64,000 nucleotides of DNA from an uncultured Actinomycetota bacterium (GCA_963784265.1 CAWAQQ010000011.1:12768-76767), one strand, 5' to 3'. Positions 42,841-55,254 are shown, counted from the stretch's first letter. The notes: generated from the letters alone by a model not told the origin. Translations and numbers: made by a program.

Positions 42841-42910
42841 ACCGTGCACACCGAGTGGCCACCGTGCACACGCACGGAGGTGTGCACGGTGGCAGCTGGG
42901 TGTGCACGGT
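42841..42910. repeat. 70-bp palindrome built from four ACCGTGCACAC units
   Basis: 31-bp arms (28/31 complementary), 8-nt loop, internal 20-bp period. Confidence 0.8.
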
Positions 42911-42974
42911 CGGCGCGGCACCCGGCCGTCCGGACCGGTCGAGGACGGCGGCGCGGCGGCGTAGCGTCCCGGCC

Positions 42975-44351
42975 GTGGACGATCTCGCCGCGCTACTCGG
43001 GCGCGCCGCCGCCGTCGCCGCCACCTACCGAGCGGGGCTCGCCGAGCGCCCGGTGCGGGCGGCCGAGCAGGTCGACGCCGTGCGGGCGGCGTTCGGCGGG
43101 CCGCTTCCCCGCGACCCGGCCCCGGCGGCGGACGTCGTCGACATGCTGGTCGCGGCGGCCGAGGGCGGGCTGGTGGCGACGGCCGGACCGCGGTTCTTCG
43201 GGTTCGTCGTCGGTGGGGCGCTGCCCGCGGCGACCGCGGCCGAGATGCTGGCGGCGGGCTGGGACCAGTGCGCGTTCAACGACGCGCTCTCCCCTGCCGC
43301 CACGGCCGCGGAGGAGGCCGCCGGGCGCTGGCTCACCGGGTTGCTCGGCCTGCCGGCGGGGGCCGCGGTCGGGTTCGTGACGGGTGGCCAGGCCGCGAAC
43401 ACCGCGGGACTGGCGGCGGCGCGGCACGACGTGCTGGCCCGCGCGGGCTGGGACGTCGAGCGTGCCGGGCTGCCCGGCGCGCCGCGGGTCCGGGTCGTGG
43501 CCGGACGCGAGCGGCACGCGACGGTCGACCGGTCGCTGCGGCTGCTCGGGCTGGGCACCGCGACGCTCGAGGAGGTCGCGGCCGACGCGAACGGGGCGAT
43601 CGACGTCGCCGACCTGCGCCGGGTGCTGGCGGACGGCGCACCCGGGCCGCTGATCGTGTGCCTGCAGGCGGGCAACGTCAACACCGGGGCCTGCGACGAC
43701 ATGCGCTCCGCGGTGCCGCTCGCGCGTGAGCACGGGGCCTGGGTGCACGTCGACGGCGCGTTCGGGCTGTGGGCGGCGGCCTGCCCGGAGCGGGCGCACC
43801 TCGTCGACGGTGTGGGCGCGGCCGACTCGTGGGCCTGCGACGGCCACAAGTGGCTCAACGTGCCCTACGACAGCGGCTTCGCGATCTGCGCGCACCCCGC
43901 CACGCAGGTCGCGGCGCTCTCGTACACGGCGCCGTACCTGGTCGGCGCGGGCGGGGCACGGCCTGCGCCCGCCGACCTCACCCCCGAGTCGTCACGGCGG
44001 GCCCGCGGGTTCGCCGTGTGGGCGGCACTGCGGGAGCTGGGGTCGAACGGTCTCGCCGCGCTGGTGGACCGGTGCTGCGTGCTCGCGACGCGCTTCGCCG
44101 AGGGGCTGGCCGCCGGCGGCGCGGAGATCGGCAACGACATCGTGCTCAACCAGGTGCTCGCCCGATTCGGCGACGACGCCCGCACCGACGCCGTCGTCGA
44201 CGGGGTGCAGCGCGACGGCACCTGCTGGCTCGGCGGCACGACGTGGCGGGGACAGCGCTGGATCCGGGTCGCGGTCTCGAACGCGACGACGACCGAGGCC
44301 GACGTCGACCGGTCGGTCGCCGCCGTCCTGCGCGCGGCGGGCGCGTCCTGA
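42975..44351 (+). CDS. PLP-dependent group II amino-acid decarboxylase
   Basis: PRFFGFV, WVHVDGAFG, DGHKWLNVPY (PLP Lys), SRRARG. Confidence 0.9.
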   Translation: MDDLAALLGRAAAVAATYRAGLAERPVRAAEQVDAVRAAFGGPLPRDPAPAADVVDMLVAAAEGGLVATAGPRFFGFVVGGALPAATAAEMLAAGWDQCAFNDALSPAATAAEEAAGRWLTGLLGLPAGAAVGFVTGGQAANTAGLAAARHDVLARAGWDVERAGLPGAPRVRVVAGRERHATVDRSLRLLGLGTATLEEVAADANGAIDVADLRRVLADGAPGPLIVCLQAGNVNTGACDDMRSAVPLAREHGAWVHVDGAFGLWAAACPERAHLVDGVGAADSWACDGHKWLNVPYDSGFAICAHPATQVAALSYTAPYLVGAGGARPAPADLTPESSRRARGFAVWAALRELGSNGLAALVDRCCVLATRFAEGLAAGGAEIGNDIVLNQVLARFGDDARTDAVVDGVQRDGTCWLGGTTWRGQRWIRVAVSNATTTEADVDRSVAAVLRAAGAS

Positions 44352-44363
44352 CCGCCCGCGCCG

Positions 44364-45083
44364 TCACCGTCCCGGCTCCAGCCAGTCCTCGGCGACGGTC
44401 GCCCGCAGCCGGTGCCCGATGACGGCGAGCACGAGGGTGAGCAGCAGCGCGACGAGGGTCATCGGCCAGGCCACCCCGAACCGGAGGACGAGGAACCCGC
44501 CGACCACGGCACCGGCGAGAAGGGCCGCCACGGAGGTCCACCTGCGGGCCGGTTTTCCTCCCTGCCCGCCTGCCAGCCGGGAGTCGGCGGCGACCCCGGT
44601 GAGGGTCAGCGTCAGCAGCGTGGTGGTGAAGTCGCGGACGCCGAGGTGGCGCACGCCCGCGTTCTGCAGCGCCATCCCCGACGCCAGCAGGATGATCACC
44701 ACCAGCCGGGCCGTCCGGCCGCCCCCGTCGAGGAAGAGGGCGGCGACCACGACGGCGCACACGACGAACACCAGCTTGAGCGCGATGGCGCCGAAGAGCA
44801 CGCGGCCACGGTGGCCGGACAGGCGCGAGATCAGCCGTCCCCCCATCACGGCGGCCAGCAGGAACGCGGTCAGGGCGACCAGCGGTTCGAGGAGCGCGAT
44901 GCCGGGTGCTCCGCTGATCGCGAGCCCGGCGAACACGACGTTGCCGGTCATGACGGCGACGAAGACCTGCCCGAGCCCGAGGAAGCTGACCGCGTCGACG
45001 ATCCCGGTGATCACGGTCAGCACGACGAGCACCGGCAGGACGACGCGGTGGTGCACGTCGACGCGGGCGGGCGAGTCGGTCAC
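44364..45083 (-). CDS. YoaK/DUF1275 membrane protein
   Basis: VDAVSFL..FVAVMTGN, MALQN, TTT..T..LTG. Confidence 0.85.
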   Translation of the reverse strand: MTDSPARVDVHHRVVLPVLVVLTVITGIVDAVSFLGLGQVFVAVMTGNVVFAGLAISGAPGIALLEPLVALTAFLLAAVMGGRLISRLSGHRGRVLFGAIALKLVFVVCAVVVAALFLDGGGRTARLVVIILLASGMALQNAGVRHLGVRDFTTTLLTLTLTGVAADSRLAGGQGGKPARRWTSVAALLAGAVVGGFLVLRFGVAWPMTLVALLLTLVLAVIGHRLRATVAEDWLEPGR

Positions 45084-45255
45084 CGTCGGGATTCTGTCGG
45101 GTCGGCAGGCATCCGCGCGAACCGCCCGAGCCCGGATCGGCCATCGTGCGCGACTCGGCGCCCATTCCGGTAGGGAGCATTCCGCCGCCGGGAACGCATT
45201 GCGGGCATGTGGGCCGAGCCGTACGGTCGGTCCCCGAGAATGGGGGCGAGTCGCC

Positions 45256-46020
45256 ATGGCGTTCGAATCCGGCATGCTTCCCGGCCGCGAACAGATTCTC
45301 GACGAGTTCGCCGACCTCGCGACCGTCGAGCACGCACTGTGCGTCGATTTCCTGCAGGTCTACTGCGCGCTGGGCGCAGGTGCCGTCGAAGTGGCGGATC
45401 CGGTGCCGGCCGCGGCGCAGGCGTCGATGGACCTCGCCGTGGACCAGATGCGGCATCTCCGCCGGGTGAACCAGACCCTCCTGCTCGCGGGCCGGGTGGC
45501 GGCCATGGGCCGGGCGACCCACGTCCAGCGGCCGTCGGGGCCGCCCATCGCCGTCGGGTCGTTGACGCCGGAGCAGTTCGAGCGGTTCCCGGAGCGGGAG
45601 CACGCGATCGCCACGGAGGTCGACCGGCGGTACGCGCGCTTGCGCGCGGCCGTCGAGGGCCCGCGTGCGCCGTTCGAGGGCGAGCTCCTCGACCAGGTCA
45701 CCTTCGTGCTCGACTCCGTCGCCGACCACCGCGGCGGGGTCGACACCCTCACCGCGCACCTCGCGGGCCTGGTGCCCGCCGACTACCTGCAGGCCACCCG
45801 CACCGAGCCGGCCGACGAGCCCGAACGCCTGCTGCTCGCCGCGAGCGACCGGTGCTACCAGGCCGTCGTGGCCATGCTGCACGCCGAGTTCACGCCGGGC
45901 GACCCGTTCGGCGGGCAGCCGCTGCAGCTGGCCGTCGGGACGATGGACAGGCTCGACAGCCTCGCCAAGCTGCTGGCGACACGCGGGCTGATCCCGGCCT
46001 TCACCCCCGCCGGAGACTGA
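45256..46020 (+). CDS. Ferritin-like domain protein (VioB/RebD C-terminal-like)
   Basis: ATVEH....FL..Y..L and AVDQMRHL..VN..L...G helices. Confidence 0.6.
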   Translation: MAFESGMLPGREQILDEFADLATVEHALCVDFLQVYCALGAGAVEVADPVPAAAQASMDLAVDQMRHLRRVNQTLLLAGRVAAMGRATHVQRPSGPPIAVGSLTPEQFERFPEREHAIATEVDRRYARLRAAVEGPRAPFEGELLDQVTFVLDSVADHRGGVDTLTAHLAGLVPADYLQATRTEPADEPERLLLAASDRCYQAVVAMLHAEFTPGDPFGGQPLQLAVGTMDRLDSLAKLLATRGLIPAFTPAGD

Positions 46021-46178
46021 CCGCGGGGACCGCCCGACACCGGAATCGCGCGGGCTTCCTCGCCATTCTCCGCGCCGGAGAATGACGTGCGCGCCGGTGG
46101 GAGTTCGCGCGCAGGGATTGTCAAGGTTCGTCGGGTTACGCCATCATGGTCCGGTTTTCGGCTACCGGGGGGAGGCTG

Positions 46179-47416
46179 ATGCGGACGATGGCGGACCAGC
46201 TACTCGCACTTCTGCGCACCCGCGCCGTCGAACTTCTCGACGACGCGCGCAGGCAGCTTCTCGACGCCGGCGCCCTCGGCAGCCTGCGGCCCAACCCGGC
46301 TGGGAAGGCACACCGCTCGACCGGCACCTGCTCGCCCCCGTACCCGCGCCCGGAGCGCTGACTCCGATCACCACCCAGGTCGTCGAGGGCCTGCGCCGGC
46401 TCGGCCGCCCGGACGGGACGGCGGGTCTCTTCGGCTGGGATCCGGTCCCGGGCGGTCCGGCCGGGGCGCGCGGGCTGGCCTGGGCGGCGCGCGTCACGTC
46501 GGGGGGCTCGACCCTCGTCGCGGCGCTCGTCGTCGACGACACCCGGCAGCTGCGGCTCATCGCCTCGGGCACGGTCCCCGACGGCACCACGGCGCTGCCG
46601 CTCGGGCCCTGGTCCCTTGCGCTCGGCGGGCGCATCGACGGGACCCTCGACGTCCGGTGGGCGGCCGACGGGCCGCCGACGATCACGGGTGCCGCCCCCG
46701 GCAGCGCGCTGCGGGCCGAGCTGCGGCGCCCCGCACCACCCGGGCCCGCCACCGGGCCGATCGACCTCGGGGCCGTCACGCTGGCGGCCGGGATCACCGT
46801 CCGCGGCGCGGACCGCGTCGACCCGACGGCGTTGCTGCGGATCGCCGATGGGGCGCTGCGGCTCGCCCCCGGCGGGCTGGCCGCTCTGGTGCCCGAGCTC
46901 GCGAAGATCCCGATCGACGTCGACATCGCCGCCGAGGCCGGCCGGGGCGTCACGATCGGTGCCCCGACCCTGCGGATCCAGCTGCCGAAGGGGCTCACCC
47001 TCCCCGGCCTCGAGCTCGGACCGCTCCAGCTGGGGCTGGCCGTGCGGGGCCGGAGCGTGGTGGTCGACCTGCGGACGTCGTTGGCGCTGAACCTGGCGGG
47101 CCTGCCGTTGCGCCTGGCCGTCGACGGCCTCGGCCTGGCCGTCCCGTTCTCGCTCGGCGACGGCGACCGGCTCGGCTTCGACCCCGAGGAGATCGCGGGG
47201 GCGCTCCCGAAGGGAGCGGGCATCTCGATCGCGCTGCCGGTGGTCAGCGCCACGGGAAGGGTGATCGCGCGCGGCAACGGCAGCTTCGTCGGGGTGCTCG
47301 CGGCCCGGGTGCCGCCGTTGTCGGCGAGCGCGCTCGGCGCGCTCGCGATGGACCCGTTGTCGTTCGTCGCGATCCTCGCCGCGACGTTCCCGCCACCGGG
47401 TATCCAGATCGGGTTA
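46179..47416 (+). pseudogene. Truncated large beta-rich DUF6603-like protein
   Basis: PKGAGISI..VSATG...FVGVL...SFVAILAATFPPPGIQIG, then abrupt loss of protein-like sequence. Confidence 0.5.
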
Positions 47417-47456
47417 CGCTCGACGCGCTGCGACCCGCGGACAGCCGGTGGCTCGC

Positions 47457-47511
47457 CGAGTCGGGGGTTTTCGCGCGCGAGTCGGGGTTTCTCGCGCGCA
47501 AGTCGGGTTCC
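47457..47511. repeat. About 2.5 tandem copies of a 21-bp unit
   Basis: CGAGTCGGGGGTTTTCGCGCG / CGAGTCGGGGTTTCTCGCGCG / CAAGTCGGGTTCC. Confidence 0.7.
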
Positions 47512-47654
47512 CGACCCTCCCGCGCGCCCACCCCGGCGGCGAGCGCCGGTGTGCGCAGCGCACAGGGTCGGCGGAGTACCCCGGGGACGGTCCCCTCGGC
47601 CGTCGCCGGTTGATCGGCAGCGGGCTGCGGGCGGGTCGGGCCTAGAATGATCAG

Positions 47655-48630
47655 ATGGCGCGAACGGCCTTCGTCACCGGCGGGTCGGGCTTCATCGGCG
47701 GGCACCTGGTCGAACGGCTCGTCCGGGAGGGCTGGACCGTGCGCGCCCTCGCGCGGTCGGACCGGTCCGCCGTCGCCGTCACCGGGCTCGGCGCCGAGGC
47801 GGTGCGCGGCGACCTCGACTCGACTCGACGACATCCGGACCGGCGCGGAGGGTGCCGACACGGCGTTCCACGCCGCGGCGGCCGTCCTCCAATGGGGGCG
47901 GCGCGAGGATTACCTGCGCGGCAACGTGATCGGCACGGCGAACGCCCTGCGCGGCTGCCGCGAGGCCGGGGTCCGCAGATTCGTCCACGTCGGCACCGAG
48001 GCCGCGCTCATGGCGGGCAGGCCGCTGGTGGACGTCGACGAGACCGCGCCGCTGCGCCCCGACTCGCCCGCGCTCTACCCCGCTACGAAGGCGATGGCCG
48101 AGCAGCTCGTCCGCACCGGCGGCGCGGACGGGTTCGAGACCGTCGTCGTCCGGCCGCGCCTGGTCTGGGGACCGCGCGACACGACGATCCTCCCCGGGCT
48201 GCTCGACCTGATCGCACGCGGGCGCTTCGCCTGGATCGACGGCGGGAACCACAAGACCGCCACCACGCACGTGGCGAACGTGGTCGAAGGACTGATGCTC
48301 GCAGCCGCCCGCGGCCGAACCGGCGAAGCCTACTTCGTGACCGACGGCGCGCCCGTCGTCTTCCGCGACTTCACGACCCGGCTCGTCGCCACCGCCGGGG
48401 TCACCGTGCCTTCGCGGAGCATGCCCGGGGCCGTCGCCGTCCCGCTGGCGGGGATCGTCGAGTCGACCTGGCGGATCCTGCACCTGAAGCGCACGCCTCC
48501 CCTCTCGCGCATGCCGCTCTGGCTGGCCTCCCAGGAATGCACGATCGACATCTCCAAGGCCCGCTCCGAGCTCTCCTACGAACCCGTGATCACGCGGGAG
48601 CAGGGCCTCGCCGAGCTCACCACCGCCTGA
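47655..48630 (+). CDS. NAD-dependent epimerase/3-beta-HSD-like oxidoreductase; frameshift near 47825
   Basis: TGGSGFIG, FHAAA, YPATK (YxxxK), RPRLVWGPRD. Confidence 0.88.
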
Positions 48631-48636
48631 GGCGGG

Positions 48637-49287
48637 TCACACCGTGAACCCGACCCCGTGCTCGAGGACCCGCACCTCGGTACCCGCGGGCGCGAGACGC
48701 GCCAGCATGTCGTGGTGCAGCTTCTGGTGCACCGGCGCGAGACCGGCCTGATGGATCGGAACGGCCACCCGGGGGGCGACCGCCCGCAGGTAGTCGACGG
48801 TCTCGGAGAGCTTCGTCCACGGCCCGGCCACCGGCAGGAGCAACACGTCGACCGGGTGCTCGGGGACGAGGAAGGCGTCACCGGGATGGAGCAGGCTCTC
48901 GGCGACCAGGTAGCCCTGGTTCGGCGGCAGGGGCACCTCGGGATGGATGGTCTGGTGTGCGTGCGGCACGACGTCGACGGCCACCCCGCCGACCGTGTGC
49001 CGGCCCGGTCCGGTCGGTTCGGCCGGATGCCCCGAGCCGGCCAGGGCGTCGGCACTGGCGGCATCGGCGACGACCTGGCAGCCGGGACTCCCGGCCACGA
49101 TCGCGGCCCAGCGGTCGACGTCGAGGTGGTCGGCGTGCGAGTGGGTGACGAGCACGGCGTCCAGTCCGGCGAGCCCGTCGAGCCCGTCGCTGAGGGTGCC
49201 CGGGTCGAACAGGAGCCGCGCCTGGCCGCCACCGGCCACCTCGCACTCGACGAGCACGCACGAGTGGCCGAAATGAGTGAGCTGCAT
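48637..49287 (-). CDS. Metallo-beta-lactamase fold hydrolase
   Basis: GHSC, DPG, THSHADH, HPGD, PIH. Confidence 0.88.
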   Translation of the reverse strand: MQLTHFGHSCVLVECEVAGGGQARLLFDPGTLSDGLDGLAGLDAVLVTHSHADHLDVDRWAAIVAGSPGCQVVADAASADALAGSGHPAEPTGPGRHTVGGVAVDVVPHAHQTIHPEVPLPPNQGYLVAESLLHPGDAFLVPEHPVDVLLLPVAGPWTKLSETVDYLRAVAPRVAVPIHQAGLAPVHQKLHHDMLARLAPAGTEVRVLEHGVGFTV

Positions 49288-49312
49288 GTCCGGGATTATC
49301 ACTGGGCCGTCA

Positions 49313-50743
49313 TCAGGCCGCGGTGCGGCGCTCGTAGCTCGATCGGGGCAGGCGGTAGGCGAGGTCGACGGCGGTGTCGAGCGCGTCGTCCATCGTCATC
49401 CGGTGTTCGGCGACGAGCCTGGCCAGGTAGCCGGCGTCGACCCGGCGCGCGAGGTCGTGCCGGGCGGGGATCGAGAGGAACGCGCGGGTGTCGTCGACGA
49501 AACCCGTGGTGTTGTAGAAGCCCGCGGTGTCGGTGACGGCCTCGCGGAACCGGCGCATGCCGTCCGGGGTGTCGAGGAACCACCACGGGGCGCCGAGGCG
49601 CATCGCCGGGTAGACGCCCGCAAGCGGCGCCAGCTCGCGCGAGTAGGTCGTCTCGTCGACGGTGAACACCACGAGCCGGAACCGGCTGTCGCGGCCGAAC
49701 GACTCCAGCAGCGGCCGCAGCCCGCGGGTGAACTCCGCGGCGCACCGGGATGTCGAACCCGCGGTCCGGGCCGTACGTCCGCTCTGGCGGCCCGGTCGTG
49801 GTCGCGCAGCACTCCGGGGTGCAGCTGCATCACCAGGCCGTCCTCGCAGCTCATCGCCGCCATCTGGTGCAGCATGTGGCCGGCGAACGCGCGCGCCGCG
49901 TCCGCGTCGACGCCGCCCTCGCGGGCCTCGGCGTAGAGCCGGGCCGCCTCGGACGCGGCCATCGGCGTGGTGTCGGTCCCGAGGTGCCCGTGGTCGGTCG
50001 CGAGCGCCCCCGCCTCCACGAACGCGCGCCGCCGCTCGCGCAGCGCGTCGCAGAAGCCGTCGTACGTGCCGGTGTCCACGCCGCTGCGCTCGGCCAGCAG
50101 GTCGACGGCCGCCGCGCCAACCCGTGCGGTCGACGTGCAGGAGCGCGTCGGGCCGGAAGGTGGGCACCACCCGATCGCCCCACCCCTGCTCGCGCAGGGT
50201 GGCGTGGTCGGGCAGCGTCGACGAGCGGCGAGTCGGTGGTGGCCAGCACCTCGATCCCGAACCGCTCGAACAGGGCCCTCGGCAGGAAGTCCGGCTTGGC
50301 GAGCTGGTCGCAGAGGTGGTCGTACAGCGCGTCGGCCGTCTCCTCGCTGGGGTGGCTCGTGACCCCGAAGACCACGCTCAGCTCGTGCTCGAGCCAGTAC
50401 CGCGTGGGGGTGCCGCGAAACAGGTGCCACCCGGCGCAGAACCGTCGCCAGATCTCCCGCGGGTCGGTCTCGACCACGCCGTCGCCGCGCGAGGGGACGC
50501 CGAGGCTCGGCAGGTCGGTCCCCTGCGAGACGAGCATGCGCAGCAGGTAGTGGTCGGGGACGACGAGCAGGCTCGCCGGGTCGGCGAACGGGCGGTCCTC
50601 GGCCAGCACGTGCGGCGTCGACGTGGCCGTGCATGCAGACGAGCGGCAGGCCGCGTACCTCCTGGTAGATCGCGCGCGGCGACCGCCCTGGTCCCGGGCT
50701 CGGCAGGCAGTGCGCGGTCGTCGTCGAGAAGCAGGGGACGCAT
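49313..50743 (-). CDS. uxaC: Glucuronate isomerase; frameshifts
   Basis: HGHVD, PDHYLLRM, MQLHPG, GAPWWFLD, GFVDDTRAFLSIPARHD. Confidence 0.92.
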
Positions 50744-50885
50744 GCGACCTCCAGACATGTCGATGAAAAGCATTGCAACACCCCCCGGCGGATGGCAAAC
50801 CGACCCGGCGTAGGGTGCCGACCAGCAGTTTCCCTGATCGTGATCGAATTCGTCGCCGTTTCGCACAACCCGTGGGCACCGGGGC

Positions 50886-50914
50886 TTGACGGCGACTACA
50901 AACGGTTTCAGACT
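50886..50914 (+). promoter_or_regulatory. Housekeeping promoter TTGACG-17-CAGACT with overlapping LacI-type operator TACAAACGGTTTCA
   Basis: Operator at 50897-50910; related site TGAAAAGCATTGCA at 50764-50777 before uxaC. Confidence 0.65.
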
Positions 50915-50961
50915 CGTCGCGCACACGTCCGAGGGGGCCAGCCAGCAGACGGAAGGAAGCC

Positions 50962-51991
50962 GTGGCTGCCAACATCCGTGACGTCGCCATGGCGGCCGGC
51001 GTCTCGCAGTCGACGGTGTCGCGAGCACTGTCGGTGCCGGATCTGGTGAACCCGACGACGCGGGCCCGGGTGCAGTCGGAGGCGCGCAGGCTCGGCTACC
51101 AGCCCAACCGCGCGGCCCGCGGGTTGATCACCGGCCGCACCGGCAACCTCGGCCTGATCGTCCCCGACCTCGCCAACCCGCTGTTCGCCTCCGTCGTCAA
51201 GGGCGTGCAGTCGGCGGCCAGGGGTGGCGACTACGCGGTGTTCATCGCCGACACCGACGAGGAGGCCAGCGCGGAGCTGGAACTGCTGCGCGCGCTGACC
51301 AAGCAGGTCGACGGCATCATCCTGTGCTCACCGCGTACACCCGACGCCGAGCTCGCCGGGATCGGCGACGACACCGCACTCGTGCTGATGAACCGCCGCA
51401 TCGACGGCCGCTCGAGCGTCACCGTCGACAACACCGACGGCATGCGGCAGGCGGTGGAGCACCTCGTCGCGCTCGGCCACGAACGGATCGCCTACGTCGC
51501 CGGACCGCGCACGGCCTGGTCCAACCGCGAACGGGAGCGGGGCCTGCGCCAGACCACCGGGGCCAGCGGCACGGAGCTCGTGCACCTCGGCCACTTCCCG
51601 CCACAGTTCGACGGCGGGGTGGCCGCCGCCGACCTCGCGCTGGCGTCGGGGGCGACGGCCGTGATCGCCTACAACGACATCGTCGCGCTGGGGCTGCTGA
51701 GCCGCCTCGGCGCGCGGGGCGTGACCGGTGCCCGACGAGATCAGCATCGTCGGGTGCGACGGCATCGAGATGTCCGCGATGATCCATCCCGCGCTCACGA
51801 CCGTCTCCATCCCCAAGCACGACGCCGGTCGGGCCGCGGTCGCGCTCCTGCTGTCCGTCCTCGCGGGCGACGAGGCCGCAGCCGTGCACCGCGAGCTCCC
51901 CACCCAGCTCATCGTGCGCGCCACGACCGGCGTCGCGCCCGAATCCGGCCGCACCGCGGCCGGACACCCCACGAAGGGATCGGCACGATGA
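50962..51991 (+). CDS. LacI family regulator; frameshift near 51728
   Basis: IRDVAMAAGVSQSTVSRAL, YQPNRAARGL, PALTTV, LIVRATT. Confidence 0.92.
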
Positions 51992-53219
51992 CGATGCCCA
52001 CCCGACGCAGCCGCTGGCGCACCACCCTGACTGCCGCCGCGGTGTCCGGCCTGCTCGTCCTCGCCGGGTGCGGCGCGCCGGAGAAGCAGGGCGGCGCCCA
52101 GGTCCCGGCCGACGCCGTGCCCGAGAAGCCGAGCCAGCCGGTGACCCTCAACATCCTCGACGTCGCGGGCAACCTCCAGCTGACCCAGCCGATGATCGAC
52201 GACTTCGTCGCGAAGCACTCCGACATCGTCTCGAAGGTGACCACCGAGAAGGCCGCCGCGCCCGAGATGGCCGGGAAGGTCAAGGCGCAGCAGGACGCCG
52301 GGCGCATCAACATCGACATGGTGCTCACCGGCATCGACGGCCTGTCGGCGGGCACCGCGCAGGGCCTGTTCACCCCGCTGCTGCCCCAGTTCGACACCCG
52401 CCTCGGCGCGATGAAGAACTACCTGGAGCCCGCGGCGGCGATGCAGGGGCTCGCCGACAACCAGGGCGTCGTGGTGACCTACTACCCGTCGGGCCCGCTC
52501 GTCGAGTACGCGCCCGACCGCGTGCCGAACCCGCCCACCACGGCCGAGGAGCTCCTCGCCTACGCCAAGGCCCACCCCGGAAAGGTGGCCTACGCGCGCC
52601 CGTCCAACTCCGGCCCGGGCCGGACCTTCCTGATGGGCCTGCCCTACATCCTGGGCGACTCGAACCCGAAGGACCCGATCAACGGCTGGGCCAAGACCTG
52701 GGCCTACCTCGGCGAGCTCGACAAGACCGTCGACTTCTACCCGTCGGGCACCACGCAGACGATGAAGAACCTGGCCAACGGGACCTACGACATCGTGCTG
52801 TCCACCACCGGCTGGGACATCAACCCGCGCGCGCTGGGCACCGTGCCCGCCGGGTACCAGGTGGGCACGCTCGAAGGGCTTCACCTGGGTGACCGACGCG
52901 CACTACGCCGCGATCCCGAAGGGCGTGTCGGCCGACAAGCAGGCTGCCGTCCTCGCGCTGCTCGCGTTCATGCTGACCCCCGAGCAGCAGGCCAAGGCCT
53001 ACGACACCGGCTACTTCTACCCCGGACCGGCGATCAAGGACGTCACCCTCCAGATGGCGCCCGCGGAGAGCCAGCAGGTGATCGAGCAGTTCGGCAGGCC
53101 GGAGTACGACGCGCTGATCAAGGACAACCCGACGGCCACCCCGGTGGCCACCAAGGACATCGTGGCGGCCTTCGACCGCTGGGACCGCGAGATCGGTGGC
53201 GCCAAGGTCAGGAGGGTAG
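51988..53219 (+). CDS. ABC solute-binding lipoprotein (PotD/AfuA-like); frameshift near 52875, end approximate
   Basis: Lipobox LAGC; YARPSNSGPG; followed by an ATPase and two permeases. Confidence 0.8.
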
Positions 53220-53227
53220 CCCGGGTG

Positions 53228-54333
<1,106 letters not shown>

Positions 54334-54337
<4 letters not shown>

Positions 54338-55254
54338 CTCTCACCGTCGAGCGCGCGGCCGAGGGCAGCGGACCGGTACGGCCCGCCGGGCTGCGGCACC
54401 GGCTCGCCGAACGCGGCGTGGACCGGCAGCTGCTGCTGCTGGTACCGGCCGTGCTCTTCGTCGTGCTGCTGTTCCTCTACCCCTTCCTCTACGGTCTCCA
54501 GCTGTCGTTCGCCCCCGAGCAGGGCGGGGCCCTCGCGAGCTACGCGGCCTTCTTCTCCGACCCCTACCAGAGCGGCACGATCTGGATCACCCTCGGGCTC
54601 GCACTGCCGGCGGCGCTGCTCAACGTGCTGGCCTCGGTGCCCATCGCCTACCGGATGCGCGGCAGCTTCCGGGGCAAGCGGCTGCTGACGATCGTCCTGG
54701 TCGTCCCCATCACCCTCGGCACGGTGCTCACCGCCCAGGGTCTGCTGAACTTCCTCGGCCCGGCCGGCTGGTTCAACAAGGTCCTGCTGTCGCTCGGCCT
54801 GGTGGACGGGCCCGTGCGCCTGGTCAACAACTACTGGGGCGTCTTCTTCTCGCTGGTCATCACCGGGTTCCCGTTCGCGTTCCTGCTGATCCTGTCCTAC
54901 CTGTCCGGCATCGACCCGACCCTGGAGCGGGCCGCGGCCACCCTCGGGGCCGACTGGAAGCAGCGGTTCCGGCGCATCACCCTGCCGCTGCTCGCCCCCG
55001 GCCTGGCCACCACGTTCTGCCTGGCCTTCGTGCTGGCGTTCAGCGTCTTCCCGTCGGCGGTGCTGGTCGGCAACCCGGCCGGCGAGACGCGGGTGCTCGC
55101 GCTCGCCGCCTACCAGGCCGCCTACGAGCGCTACGACTACTCGCTCGCGTCCGCGATCGCGATGGTGATGGGGGCCGTCGAGCTCGTCGTGATCGCCGTG
55201 GCGCTGCTGTGGCGGTCCACGCTCTACAAGGGCGCGACGGGGGGCAAGGGCTGA
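54334..55254 (+). CDS. ABC permease (PotB-like)
   Basis: Multi-TM; LERAAATLGA EAA loop. Confidence 0.9.

Noticed and set aside
31600-46020. Secondary-metabolite biosynthetic gene cluster (SARP, oxidases, methyltransferase, cyclase)
   Set aside because: No PKS/NRPS/terpene/RiPP core enzyme; mixed orientations with separate local regulators
42841-47511. Repeat clusters as CRISPR arrays
   Set aside because: No unique spacers of regular length and no cas genes in the window
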